Source: Acanthaster planci
Taxonomy: Eukaryota
NCBI RefSeq assembly: GCF_001949145.1
Contig: NW_019091403.1
Span: 806,001 to 868,000, forward strand
Length of the DNA stretch: 62,000 nt
Reading direction: 5' to 3'
Shown: piece by piece, positions 37,801 to 51,360 of the stretch
How the letters are laid out: the number at the start of each line of letters is the position of its first letter
Numbering within the stretch: the first letter of the stretch is position 1
Program-made: the position numbers and the translations under genes
The notes under the pieces: model-generated
What the model was told of the DNA's origin: nothing
The model's input: the letters and a program-made list of their open reading frames with translations, nothing else
The model's database searches: none

Positions 37801-40800
37801 CTTACCTTTGACCTTTGGTGCCTTTTTTTTCAAATCCTGCTTGAAGTGCAGACGGCATGGTCAAATTCTTGATATTGTAAAATATTAATATTCATTGTGA
37901 AAGGAGAACTTCAAAGTTGGTTTTGTGATGCAAAAGTTACATGTCCATTGAAAGACTGTACCTTGATCATTGTTTATGTAAATTTTATTGCAGAGGAATT
38001 GGTCAAGTTTTAAAAACTTGCTGAATTGATCCAGATTGACCCTGGTTTCAGTTGAAAAAAATTCTTGATTCAGATTTCATTTTTGTATGTTTGCAGGCCT
38101 GCATATTTGTTTCTCTTACGAATTCCTCTGGACGTTATGCATGAGTGCCTACGCTTCCGATTGGAACACAAGCCAGCCGTAGATCCCTCAGCTCACAGCA
38201 TCCAGCAGGTATGTTAAAACTGCCACGTTAAAACTAGTTGCATTCCATGAGCTGGGGATTTCACTCTACTGCAGGTGCATACAGCTTCTAAGCCAAAATA
38301 TTGACCATGCACAGACATTTTCCTGCTCACCAACCAAAGCTTTATATATTTGTAATGTATGCAGCTCCTGGCTGGTTACCAGCTGAATACTGCCAAGCAT
38401 GCAAATTCGCAATATTTCCAGTACGACAGGGTTATAAAATGGCCTGGGTGCGAGCGCACAGAGAATTTTCCATCGGTGGATGCGTAGAGTTTATGCAAGT
38501 GCAAAGCTAAACGCATCTGGTTGGAAGTGCAGGAAATGTCATTTTCACTGCTGAAATAATTTGAGCGGTGGCTGTTTTTGCTTTGTGCAGCTCATCTACG
38601 AGTGTAAGGAAGTGATTCGTTCCTCGGTGCACATGAAACAATACTACCAGAGTATGGTTAGCGCTGTCACGCCGGATGATGTCAAGGCCCAGGAACATGC
38701 TGAGAGTGACATTGAGGAGTACGAGAACAATCTACAAGAAATGCTCAGAGTGAGTGTGAAAAGACTTTCTGCGATAAGTCGATTTGGCAGAGGTGTTGGC
38801 AGTAGGCATACTGATCTGTTTCCACCATCGTTTGCATGCTCAGAGCTGGCAAAAAAGACCAGTAACTCTGCTTTGGCCTTTGTCTCAAAAGTCTGTATAG
38901 ACTCCCCCTGGGAGCTGAGGTGATTTTAGGATTGATTATGGGCCTGGTGAGCAGGGGTCATCGTACTGATATCATTGGATGGAGACTTCTGTGAAATGTC
39001 CACTGTGATTAGTTTTGATTCTGATTGGTGTAACTGATTGTGGCTTTGTTCCGATTTGATTGCCGCGTTTCCCCAGTGCTACTTTGAGTACCTTCATAGC
39101 TGGATCTTGATGCTACAGAGGTTACCCCAAGCCTCCATCAGCCTCAAGAATATCCTGGATGACGAGTGGGACTTCACCAAGGAGATCTGCCCCCATGTCC
39201 GAGGAGGCGAGGCCCAGGCTGGCAAACGGTTCTGGTGAGTCTTGGCCCCTGTGCGAATCAGTCGGCTACAGCTAAACCAAAACACGAATCTGTGGGAAGT
39301 CGACTTAGCCACAAGCTAGGGGCCTCTACAGGTGTACTTGTTATGTTATCGCTTATCTTGGTGTTTCTTTGCAGCATAATGGCCAAGAATCTACTGTTGT
39401 CCATTGGAGACTATCTAGAGAACGGAGTGGATGATGTCAGCTCTTCCCACCAAGACAGCCAGTCGCATGGAGACACAATGAAGTACAAAGCATAACCTAG
39501 TTCACCCATGTTTTATACCTCATTCATGTACCCCTAAAATAGCAAATCCTCAAACAAGGTATATTGTTTAGCACTTGTGAATTTAGGAAGTTGGTCCGAA
39601 TCCTGGCCCCCAATTCTTCTAACAATCAGCAATTATTACCAAGCTTTTGTGAGCTCCTTTGTATCCCGTTTCATAAACTTTACCATTTGTTAAAGAAGCA
39701 GTAGGATTTCTAAAACTTTTTGTTTAAATTTCAAATTATAACTAATGGTTCATAAATTTCTTGTGAAAACGACCAGTCTTTAAGAAAATAATTACTTCTT
39801 AAACAGTGTGAATATTTTGAAGGTGAAGTATGCATGAACATATTTCCAGAAGTTTGTCATACTTTAAGGAATAAATTCTGGAGATTTGGTTGCAATTTTT
39901 AGGAGAATAATCATCAATTCTTGCAAGCACTTCAAGCTGCTGTTCCATGAAGTTCGGGAGAGGGCCTCCAAGGCCCTTGGATTTGCCAAGATGCTGAGAA
40001 AGGTATACTTCATCAGCTTCAAATTGTCTGATAATACGACCTCAAGGAATTGTGATAGATTAACCCAATTGTTAAAGAATTCAATCTTTTGATGTGGAGT
40101 GCTGTTCATCTTTTTGATAGGATTTGGAAATTGCTGCCGAGTTCCAGAGGACAGTGCCAACAAAGGAATTGCTGAGAGTTCTCAAAGTGTCCGATCATAT
40201 CAAGGTTGGTGAAGCAAGACAGCTTGACCTAAAATATCTACCTGTTTTTGAATTTGTCAATTGCATTGATGGATATGATGTTAGGTGGAACAGAAAGAAA
40301 CAAGATTTGTTTTCTTAAAATGCATCCAGACAGCTTCTATTGGGGTTTATTTGATGAATTGTAGAAATGTCAAGCTTTACATCTAACTCGGTGCAAATCT
40401 AGATTCTGATTCTGTTTTTTATTAAAATTTCAAACCTTGGCCATTCATTGTTGTTTGCCAGCTTGCACTGTCTCAGCCTGTGTGTTGGATACTCATAGTT
40501 GGAAAAGTTGAAAGACAATCAGCAATTCTATGGAATCTTTCCCTGTTTTCACCTCAAATCTACTGTGAGGAAATCCTTTATTTTTATCTGAATGCTTTTC
40601 GTTCTCACCAGGTGAACATGGGGGCAGATATCCCTGGCCATCTGATGTTTGTCCCCAAGCATCTCAAGGAGGACACGCTGCAGATCTTACAGCTCCTGGA
40701 TGACTTGTGCGGTCGTGAGGATATGCCTCTCATCCCCAACGATCCCTCCTCTGTGGACAGCGTCGGGTATTTGCTCCTGGTGCGGTGCAGCGACGGCGGG

Positions 40801-43800
40801 GAGGAAGGGAACTTGCCTGAGTGGGACGAGCCCTGCGTTCACGTCATGCCCGATGTGGAAACCACAATTGCTCTCTCCGATATCCAGGTACAGATAGCTT
40901 ATCTATCATTACTATTTGCTTTTGTTTGTCGCATGTCATGGAGCAGATTAGACGACAATATATTTCCAGATTAATACCTGTGCAGAAATGCTCAAGACCA
41001 GCATTACACATTGTACATGAAATGACATTCTTGCAGGTGTAACCCGGTGTCTGTTTGAGCAAAATTTTTCTGCTATCAAGAGTTTTACGTTTAGTGTTTG
41101 TTCGTGAAATTCAACTCTTTCCATAATTTGGTGAGCAAATAGTGAACCGTTCGTCAGTGTGTAATACGTAATTGTTTTAAAATCTTCCTTTTTCACAAGT
41201 AGATCGAAACAGAGCAGTGTGTCTTCATGATTACAAATGTAGCTAAATCAAACGACAAAATAATGCCACATTTATTTTTTAGTTCCCCTTGTAAAAGTAG
41301 TTTTCGCTGTTGACATTTACCATTGTAACAATTCTGTCACTCCTGAGGTTATGTCTTACTTTTATTTGTCTGTAGGTGAAGTGTTTACTTCTTGTTGTCA
41401 ACCACTCTTCCCAACTTCACGGCCAGCGGAAGGCGTTTGAGCGAGCAGTCGGCAAGGCAGTGACGCTGACGAGCGATCAAACCTCAAGCCACAACACCAT
41501 CGCAGAGGCCCTGGATGAATTAAAGGTGGGTTCTGACAGTCAACGTTGGAATATTCATTGCATGCCAATGCTGGTTCCCGCTTTATTCAAACGTGCTGCA
41601 TCTTTGTAGTCTGGTTGAAAAGGGTTGACTCCTGTAGATTTTTAGGCTTACATATGACTAATGATCTGAAATGGACAACCCATGTTGATTTCTTGGTAAG
41701 GAAAGCCCAACAACGTCTGTTTTGTCTCAGAAGACTGAGGAGTTTCTGGATCAGCCAAGGTCTGCTGGTGAAGTTCTATCAGGCAGTGGTTGAGCGTGTC
41801 CTGACATTGTCAATCGCTGTCTGGTGCGGGAACACCACAGTGGAAGACCGGAAAGGCCTCAATCGGGTTGTTATAGTGGGAGGATTAGTGCATACCACAC
41901 ATTCATTCTATTCATCATGCACCTGCGGTTTCAATGTGGGCCTGCTGCTGGACAGAGCTTTGCATACTGGGCATACCACAGCCCAGTTGCGGTCAAAAAA
42001 ATCCCTGCATGAAGGGGTTAAGTACATGTAGCTAACTGATTACCAGCCAAAAATATCATGAAATGGTTTACACCTTGTTAAGCAAAAGCAAGGAAAGTTG
42101 CTTAGCGAGATGTCCAAAAGCTTGTCTCTTCTCTTCCTGTGTTCTGAAATTCCATCCAGCAAAATGCCCTGGGCCTGTGCCACACCATCGTGCATAACAT
42201 CAAACAGGTGGACGAGAACTTGGACATCGATTCCATCTTAGACATTGAGGAGACAGAGAAGATTAACATGCTGTCTTACTTCAAGGATACCATGCACCAG
42301 TGTTTCTCTGTCAGCTTTGATGTGAGTATCTTTTGTGTCACGATATTGAGGCTTTGCGTGGCAGCCGTCTTGCAGGGCAGTTCTTTTGTTCCAGAGGAAA
42401 ACCTCCTCTGTGTATACCCTGTAGAACAAAAGGACCGTCCTTTATGATGGCTGCCCTGCAAAGCCTCTGTAGTTTACCAGTTGCTGTAAACCTGTTGTTT
42501 CGCAACACTAGTTCCCCCCATCCACAGGTTCTGGCATCGGGGAACCAATAACAGATTGTGGAACAAGATTTAGAGCTGTGTGGCACAAAGAGGGCCTGAT
42601 GTCATAGCACGGTTTGCAGAAAGGTCGTGCTAGGTTTCGCAGAAATATTTGCTATTCCTTAATCACTATTTTGTGGTGGTGCTTAGCATGGTAAATGCTG
42701 TGTGTGCGTAGAGATTATTGTGTCACTAATTTAAGCAAATTTGTCCTCCAAGGTTAGCAGCCTTTGGCTGTGCTTACTGCTTATGGTCTGCATGAAATAA
42801 GCAGAGCCTCTGTTAACGTGAAATCGTGTGGTAAGCAGCGCCATGAAATTGGGCCCAGGTCTTTTGTGAGTGTTATCAAATCATCTTTCTTTGCAAAGCT
42901 TATTATAAATTTCATGTGCACTTTCGTTTCTGGGGGGGAGCGTCTTGCTTAATCCGCCTGTCGGAGGATGGAGGACTGTTTGGGTTTCAGTAATCGTGGA
43001 AGTAAATCAGTTTGTGAGTTGTGTACTGTTTCCCTTCTTGCTTGAAATAAAAGCTGGTTAATGCCGTCTTGTTCCCCCCCCTCCAGTACCACAAGGAAGT
43101 GACACGCCTACTGTCGGGAGAAGCGAGGCAGAAACTGGCTGAGTCGATGCAAAACTTGGCCCACATGTGGATGACATTTGTGCTTGAAAAATGTGAGAGG
43201 GGACGGGGCACTAGACCAAGGTATGTGCAAAATTTATGTTTGTTTCTTTACAAAAAGAATGAATTTTGCAAAGGTAAATTTGCTGACTGCTATTCTTGGC
43301 CACGCATTTCAAGAGAAAAGTGCCGGCCGATTGGGCAATTTGTCCTTAATTTTAACTAGCCTGAAAGGAGAAATTACTTGTCCTGGGCAATTGGACAACC
43401 GTTAATGTCGAGGCCTGCTCCGAACTTTTTAGTTGAAGGCTTTAGAAATTTGGGTTGCTTTGTAACTGTTTGAATGATTTTTTCTTTTTTGTAGGTGGGC
43501 CAATCATGGCATGGATTTTCTGGTGGTGGCCAGCGAACCCCGAAATGTTGCATTTCTTTCCAACGACGACTTTGTCGTAAGGATTTACCATTTGTTGCAA
43601 TTTTGGCTACTTGAAAAAAAATTTACCCAACCACAGGACAGATAATGCATTGCATTCAGTGTGTGATGTAATCCAATCAAATATCTCTGTGCTGGATTTT
43701 CATTTGTGCAGAGAATGACGCAGGTGATGAGCAAGTGTATCACGCACATCATCGGCAACGAAGACAAGTCTTGCTCTGGAAGCCCAGGTTGGTACATTCA

Positions 43801-46800
43801 TTTCAACAGTCGACACACCCACATCAAGTGAAGTGACATGCCTTCTTATTTCCACTGAGCATGTACATTTTGTCGTAGCTGCTCTCTGTCATTCGGTTTT
43901 ACATCCAGGCTATATAATTGGATTTCCTTTTGTTTTGCAGTGTGTACATGGGGGCTATTGTGTGAATTTTTGAAACTGTCCAGGGACCAAATTTCTGTTT
44001 TACTTACTTGGGGATGTTCTGATCAGGTACTGAGCAGAGGTTTTCATTTACATTTGTAAATCGGTGTTGCATTTCTTATTGTGTAGCATTTGCCGTGACT
44101 AGTCCCATGGACGGCAGTTCGTTGAAGCTATCGCGAGCCTGGTCCAAGTCTTCTACTAGGTCGACATCAGACTCCACACCATCTCCTCACATGCCCTCGC
44201 CAGTGCAGTTTGGTGAACTCCAACGGACAAATAGTACAGAGCGGTTTCTGTCACTCATGCCAAACAGCAGCCCTACTGAAGACTTGCCTGGTATGCTATA
44301 CACTATATACCTATGTAACAGGCAATATATTCATATTGACCGGCCATGAGGCAATGAGTGCACATTTATGCATTTCCAGCAAAGAAAACTCAACAGATTC
44401 CTATCAGCTGTACTAACAGTAACCCTGCTGAAAGATAAGTCTGCTATGCTATTGAATATATTAACAGGCAATAGTGTTATATTGACTGGCAGTGAGGGCA
44501 CTAGTGCCAAGTGGCAGTGAGTGCAAAAAAACCAGTTCTATGTAATTACAACCTTTTAGGTCATTCAACATGTTGCTTTTTTGTTACATTTTTAAACTGA
44601 AAACCTTATTCAGGTTTGCGTTTCCAATCTGAAACAGAGCCTCCGTTCTCCAAGCGTGGCACCCCCAGCCCCATGTCCCCGCCACTGCCCCGCATGTTCC
44701 ACAGCATCTCCAAGGACAGTGCTGAGTCCCTGTCCAAGATGGACCGCTCGGAGCGGGTACGCAGCAAGCTGCAGCAGCTGGAGGAGCGCCGCAACCAGAA
44801 GCTGCAGGACTGGTCACTGATTGGCACGGTCAGCGACCGCCACAGTGACCACGAGGTGGTCAACATCAACTGCAAGAAGGTCACTTTCCGCTGGCAGCGC
44901 GGACGCAAGATAGGTCAGCTGCTCTCCCATTTTCTCTCTCTTTCTGTCTTCACAAACATTTTTCAATATTTTCTCACGTTGAAATGCTTATTTTTATATG
45001 TCTTCCTACTTACATTTGCAATTTTTGAGTTTCCATTTACGTTTCACTGTCAAAGTGGTGAAAACGTAGGCCTAAGTTAAATAACCATAATAATCATGGA
45101 TTCCGAGAAATCTTGGGCAAGTGTTGATCCTATTCGGGCAAACAAATTTATGGCATGGCCTGCCCGATTGGGCAAACTAAAAAAACGTCACGGCCTGCGC
45201 CCTAACAAGGATTGTTCAATTGGCTGTGTGTGTGGTTCTGGTGTGACCACCAGACTTTTAGCAGGACTAGTGAAAATGTTGAAGTACTGGTCCTGCTGGC
45301 TACCAGCAAGATAATTTCGAGGCCAGTCTGGTTTGATTTCTTATCTATTGAACTTCCTGAAGTGTGATTAAAACTTGTTAAAACCAGAAGAAGACGTGTT
45401 TGATTTTTTGGTCCGTGATCAGGTGAAGGGCAGTTTGGTACCACCGTGTACTCCTGCATCAACATGGACACCGGCGAGACACTGGCTATGAAAGAGGTAA
45501 TCCTTGAGATATTTTTCATCAGTCATTGAATCACCATCAGTCGGCTTGAAATTACTACTGTTGACCTTTAAGTTAGACATTTTCAAAAACAGACATCATC
45601 TGATGCAAGATTCATGTTTCATCTATCAATTCATTCTCTATTCAACAGCTTCGGTTCCAACGGAATGATCACAGTGCTATCAAAGATATTGCTGATGAAC
45701 TCAAGAACTTTGAAGGAATCCGCCATGCTAGCCTTGTGCGCTACTACGGAGTTGAAATACACAGGGTCAGTCAGTCCTTTCTCTCAGTCATGCTGTTTCA
45801 TTTTTTTGTAGTTTGCAAACAAAGTTCTCTGAGTTGTGGCCCATTGTGGCAACAAAATCAATTGGTGTATTGTCGTTAAGCTCTTTGACTGGGTTTTTGG
45901 CAAGAATGACTAGGGAGTAAGATTTTGATTGATTTTGGTTGTCGCAGGAGGAGCTACTTATTTTCATGGAGTACTGCGACGAGGGGACGATAGCTGAGGT
46001 GGCTAAGGCCGGCTTGCCTGAGCAGATGGTTCGATGTTACACCCAGGAGATCACAGTTGCCATTAGCTTCTTACATGAACACGGCATTGTACATAGAGAT
46101 ATCAAAGGTAGAAGCCCCTTGTCTTTAAGTGTGATAATTCAGGGGTATGTGATGACCTTAACAATTAACAGAATGTTAGAAATGTGGCATTCTAATGCTG
46201 GGTATTTGCTGCAAGAATTTGGTTCATCAGTATCCTGAGTTGGGTGTGAAAATCTTTTTCCCCACTTCTTGCTCAGGTGCTAATGTGTTCCTGTCGTCTG
46301 ACGGGCACGTCAAGTTGGGAGATTTTGGCAGTGCAATCAAGCTGCAGAATGCTAAAACAATGCGTGGGGAGCTGACAACCTTCACAGGAACAGCAGGTAA
46401 AGTTTAAAATCTCCTTACCTTTGATGAACCGGAAGGACTCAGACAGTTTCTCAGCCAGCAGTTAGGGATCTAAAGCTTTTGGCATCTCAAACTCGCAACT
46501 TTTCCTGTTTTTGCCATAACGATTTTAAGCTAGAAAGTGTGTCGCACTCGGACAAAGTTTCATTTTCCCTCAGTAGGTTTACTGCAGCATCTGTGTCATT
46601 ATTTTGTATTTATTAACTTCTCAAATTTAACCTTTGATCTTTGACCTCACAGCGTACATGGCACCAGAGGTCATTACCCAAACAGGTCAGGGGAAAAAAG
46701 GTTATGGCCGGGCAGCTGATATCTGGAGTTTGGGATGTGTGGTCATCGAGATGACCACAGGAAAGGTTGGAGCCCTCTTCCTCCAATATCTTACGATGCT

Positions 46801-47535
46801 TGATTGACGATATATAGTTTGAAGTTCTTGCCTTAGGTTTTACGTTGTACATTTTGTAATGAGTTTTTATACCGCTAGTTTCTTTCTCATTTTAGATTTC
46901 TGTTTTTGTTTTAAGCGCCCTTGGCATGAATTTGACCACGAGTTCCCTATCCTCTTCAAAGTGGGCGAGGGCGCCATTCCACTGACTCCCGACAACGTCA
47001 GCCCGGAGTGTAAGGACTTCCTGTCCAAGTGTCTAGTGCCCAACGCCCTGGACAGATGGACAGCCAATCAATTGTTGGATCATACATTCGTCAAGGTCAG
47101 TTTGGAAAGATTGTTGCGGTGATAGATTGTGATCAAAGGTTTTTCCAGTCAAAGTTGACCCACTCCGTGATATGGTGCAGTGCTCGACTGACCCAGATCT
47201 TAGAGTTTGACAAACTAGAGTTTGAACCAGTCAAAGTTTTGGTAAAGTCATTGGTTTGGCCCAATCAGAATGTTGGTTGTTAGTAGTTTTGGCTGATTGT
47301 AGTTTGAGTTGTCAGAAGTGTTGCCTTTCTGTTGCTGAAGTGAGAATTTTCCTCTGAAATCGTAACCATGACAATAATATCTCTGTTGCATATGGCAGTA
47401 TAACCTTAATGTAGCCCAGACTGTTGACATCATATAATTTTTTTTGGAATTGTTATCTCTTGACGTTGCATTTGACAGGTGTCACCGAGCATTGATTTCC
47501 AGTCGATACTGCAGAGTACCAGTCGAACCAGCTAA
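31821..47535 (+). CDS. MAP3K4: Mitogen-activated protein kinase kinase kinase 4 (MEKK4/MTK1), 24 coding exons, about 1724 aa
   Basis: Exons: 31821-31822 (AT of a split ATG), 32912-35006, 35916-36067, 38097-38208, 38591-38749, 39077-39234, 39375-39482, 39903-40002, 40121-40204, 40612-40887, 41376-41525, 42160-42321, 43087-43220, 43495-43576, 43712-43787, 44087-44290, 44614-44913, 45423-45496, 45649-45765, 45948-46107, 46277-46396, 46653-46765, 46916-47095, 47479-47535; 5175 nt in frame. MEKK4-specific motifs [47 protein letters not shown] and [13 protein letters not shown]-terminal kinase domain [33 protein letters not shown]. Confidence 0.96.
41612..41872 (+). mobile_element. Non-LTR retrotransposon ORF2 C-terminal fragment (Rex1/Babar/L2-like, DUF1891-type region) in a MAP3K4 intron
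   Basis: Uninterrupted peptide [41 protein letters not shown]...[33 protein letters not shown], matching the post-RT pattern FLG.H....L.W..H......KAQQRL.FLR.L. Confidence 0.85.
41878..42021. mobile_element. 3' half of a piggyBac-type MITE, same family as 11768-11966
   Basis: gggaggattagtgc...catcatgcacctgcggtttcaatgtggg...gaaggggTTAA. Confidence 0.75.
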
Positions 47536-48073
47536 TAGTGCATACCGAGCACCAGGAAGGTCATATCGTTTCATTGTTTAATTCCTTTGGCGCTGTTGAC
47601 ACTCAGTACAGCGTCGACAGTGATGAGCAAAGAATATCAACACGGTGACTACTTCACGGCATTTTTCTGTCGTTTTTTTGGTGTCAATGTATACATTTTG
47701 TCGTAAGTTGATTCTTCATTTGTAATTTTATTTGCGCGAGGGGAAGTTCCAAATTTCTTGCAGATTTCCAGATTGCCTCATCTGTTACCGATCATTTGCA
47801 AGTCTAGAACTACTGTGCTATCCATTGCACTATTGTAGCCGAGACCAATGCAAGACCAGTCACAAGTAACAGGGCAGACAATGACAAGGGAATGCTTTTG
47901 TTGTAGTTTGTTTGAAAAGCTTGTGTCTTGAATTCAGACCGGAGGTCTTGTTTTGGTCTTGTGATGGACAAATGCCCCCAACAAATTCCGGGTGACCCCC
48001 CCCAAAAAAAAGGATGAATGGATATTGAACAAAGCTAACAAAAATCTTGCCCCAAAAAACCACACCACTGAAA

Positions 48074-48159
48074 GCTGGTACCACCCATAAGATGCTGGTA
48101 CCCCCCATAAGATGCTGGTACCCCCATAAGATGCTGGTACCCCCCATAAGATGCTGGTA
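48074..48159. repeat. Tandem repeat, ~20-bp unit gctggtaccccccataagat x ~4.3
   Basis: Read directly from the sequence; followed by a hAT-like terminus ctacgccactg at 48190-48200 in the MAP3K4 3' region. Confidence 0.9.
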
Positions 48160-50574
48160 TCTCTTTGTGCCCCCCTTGTCATATCCTAGCTACGCCACTG
48201 AGTTCATGATCCTTTGCAATCTTGCAGAGCAGATACAAAGCATAGCCTCATAATGGGTCATCTGCAAGGAGGTTTTTTCCACCAAAACACTTCTGAAGTC
48301 AGAAGGGGATTTTTGGTTTTATTCCCTGAAGTTAGTCTCTAGGTCTCGTTCAGTCATCTCTTTTAATGTAATCCAAGTCTTTGTCCCATGTTCTAGTGTC
48401 TTCAGAGCTTTGTGTTAGTACAAATGGGGCTCCTGTTTAACAGATTTCTTTGTTTTTAATTTATGTGCAATTTAATTATCTTGTGTTTATAGTCCTCAGG
48501 GTCAGTGCAAAGTGTGACATGGTTTGTCGTAAGGGAAATCATTGGTATTATTGTGTACCAACACCTGATTTTGTTTTGCTCAAATGAAAATTTGTTGAAA
48601 ACTTACTGTTTGATACGGCTGCTTTATTGTATCATGTTGCTGCATTTTTTTGGTTTCTTTTTTGAAAGGTTTTTGTATATGCTGGCTTTTGTGATGTCTA
48701 ATTTGTGTGGTAACACCCGCAGTGTGCAGAAATTTGTGACCTTTTTGTTTCCTTTCTGAAACAAGATGATGTAAAAAGTGTAGAATATTGAATTGTAAAT
48801 AAATATAATATTTTAACAGTGCACTTTAGGAATGCTGTTGAGAGAGAGCCCTCTTAGCTCAGTGTAGTAACTTATCAGCACTTGCCAACTTGATTTTATC
48901 AATCCAAGAACATGTGAACATCTTCACCCAAAGCTTTTGTAAGAAGAAGCATTATTTTTCACAAGTAAGTTTTTTTTATACTAGGGAATTGGCTTGTCGC
49001 CTGCACTGGGTAATGATTGGTCTCTTTTTTTTTGGGGGGGGAGGGTTTTTCTCCTTGCAATTTATTCGATTTTGTGTTGAAATTTCAATGCAATGACCCC
49101 CTCCCCTGTTCAATCTTTTTTAATATTTAAATGTGAGAGATATTGTTAAGTGCATGCAGTTACCAAATATGGGCATTATCAGCTCTTACACAGAGCCAAA
49201 GGAAAATGTGAATTGCATCCATAGTTGACAGTGACTGCATTTGTGACCCCGAGTCTTCAAATCGTCATGTTGGTTGGTTCTACTCTCCTTCCTCATTGAA
49301 TGTGTTGATATTGTTCTCTGTGACTGTGGGTCGTTTGAGATGAGTTGCCTTCAAAATGGTGGGTCAGTTGCATTCTATGTCTTTAAGCACCCTTTGGTTT
49401 TTTTAAAATTTGAAACAAGATGACCACGTAGAGTCACTGTAACCACAACTATGTCATGAATATGAATGAGATGTACTGAATCAAGATGTGATTGGCTGCA
49501 GAAGTTGTAATGCATATAGCTGTCGGCCAGGTGCGCATAATTAATGCAATTCTCTTGGAAGTCTTTCACTTTCAAAGCTGTCAGCTGCAGATAGCACACT
49601 TTTCGCTTGCATTTGATGCAATTTAATTGTCACTTGGCAAATTGGGAAATGGACTTTCACTTTCAGTGAGTGTAGAAATTGAGACCTCTGGCATGTAACT
49701 GGGGCCTAAAACACCTATGCAAGGTAATGGTGTTTAGGAAATTGATCTTTTTTTATTGTTGGAACTTAAAATTATTATAACATTCGTTTGGAAATTATGT
49801 GGCCATTTTTAGAGGCTACCCAAGTTTTCTGTTCAATTTTATTTATTTTCAGCAAACACTTTGGTTGTCTTACTTTGAACTTTACTGATGTTAAAGGACG
49901 ATCCACCTACTGTGGAAATAATTCAACTTAACCTTTGTCCCATTTGACCTTAAACCTAAGCACCCATGCCGTTATGTAATCATAGATCAGGCCAGTGAAA
50001 CAATGCTACAACTCCAACTACAGTAGTACTGCAAACACACTGGCTTATTTTTTCCATCAGCTTTAAAGTTCTTCAGAACACTCTGAAATTTGCATGTTAC
50101 ATCAATGGTACAAACTGTGTACTTTACTTATGGAGAAGATACTTAATGAGCTGTTTTCCAAGCTTGTTTTCTGGACCTGACAAGTGTTGTGACAGTATAT
50201 TTTGTTAAGATGAATCGAATTCAATCCGTTACAGTATTTACACGGGACCATGGCACACCATGCTCCCTGTTACAAAAATATGTGGCATCAGATCCAGCAG
50301 TTTTTTGTAGAAAAAAATTGCCCTAGTGTGGGTTATTTTTATGAATAGTAATCATTGATACATGTACATTCTAGTTTGTAGATGTATAGTTTACTTTAGT
50401 AATACACTGATCCTCTGGGATTATTTCCTGGAGTTTGGTTCTGTACAGTGACTAAAGTTAATACAGATTTTTTTAAGAAATGACCTTGAATGGTGATGTT
50501 AATACCTGAACACTTTTGTGTTTGAATATCGCAAATCTCGTATGAAATATATTTTTTCAACTCAAATTAACAGA

Positions 50575-50624
50575 AATAAATTTTACCAGATGACACCACT
50601 GTATGTGTTTCATTGTATTTTATT
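50575..50624. terminator. Convergent polyadenylation signals (MAP3K4 on +, WARS2 on -)
   Basis: AATAAA at 50575-50580 (+) followed by a GT-rich tract, and AATAAA on the minus strand at 50619-50624. Confidence 0.55.
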
Positions 50625-51023
50625 GCCTTGTGTCTCCAATCCATAGACAACTGACTTGGCCAGTGAAAGCCAAGATTCTTTAAAATGATTTCAATTTGGT
50701 TTAAAACATAACGTCACATACCTACAATATGATTTAGAGGCAAGTTGATCCACAAATATGTGAAGCATAGCATTGGTTTTTTGGTTTTTGGCAGATGATT
50801 TTCAACAAAGGAAACACGAAGAAACCAGATTGGAATCATTCAGGTAGGTAACTTTTCTCAGTCTCTTACAATGTCTTTTAATAAAGGTACTAAAACATTT
50901 TCTGCCTATTTCTCCTGACTTGGTTAAGTAAACCACTATTTATGGCTGGAATACTTGGTCTCTATAACTTTCCTGAAAATTAAGACAAAATATTGTTCAT
51001 GTAAAGCGATGGCTATCTTTTCC

Positions 51024-51333
51024 CTAATAAGTATATTGCGACTTGCATTTGAATACAATCTGGTACACGAACAAAACAACTGGTCTGCAATTGTTATTAC
51101 CTCATAATTCGGGGCAAGCTTTTACTTAGTTACATAAGAGACGCCTTGCATCAGTACACAGTTCTCAATGGATAGGAAGGGCACAAAGGAACCAGTCCAT
51201 CCTAGACATGGTGATCGCTACGTAAAAGCTTGCCCCAAATTATGTGGTATAGCAACAGTGTCTGAAGAATTCAAATTGTTATGTTCACATGTACCAGATT
51301 TTGTTTAAATTTAAGTCGCAAAAGGCTTATTAG
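51024..51333. repeat. Long inverted repeat (~100-bp arms) in the WARS2 3' UTR
   Basis: Arms 51024-51125 and 51222-51333. Examples: tacctcataattcggggcaagcttttac against gtaaaagcttgccccaaattatgtggta, and ctaataag...ttgcgactt...aatctggtaca against its reverse complement. Confidence 0.85.
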
Positions 51334-51360
51334 CTCAGAGTGACCTTTGACCTTCTAAGG

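Noticed and set aside
36500..37860. Nested antisense gene in MAP3K4 intron 3
   Set aside because: Several minus-strand splice-like sites exist, but every exon chain I tried hit a stop codon quickly and no protein family was recognisable.
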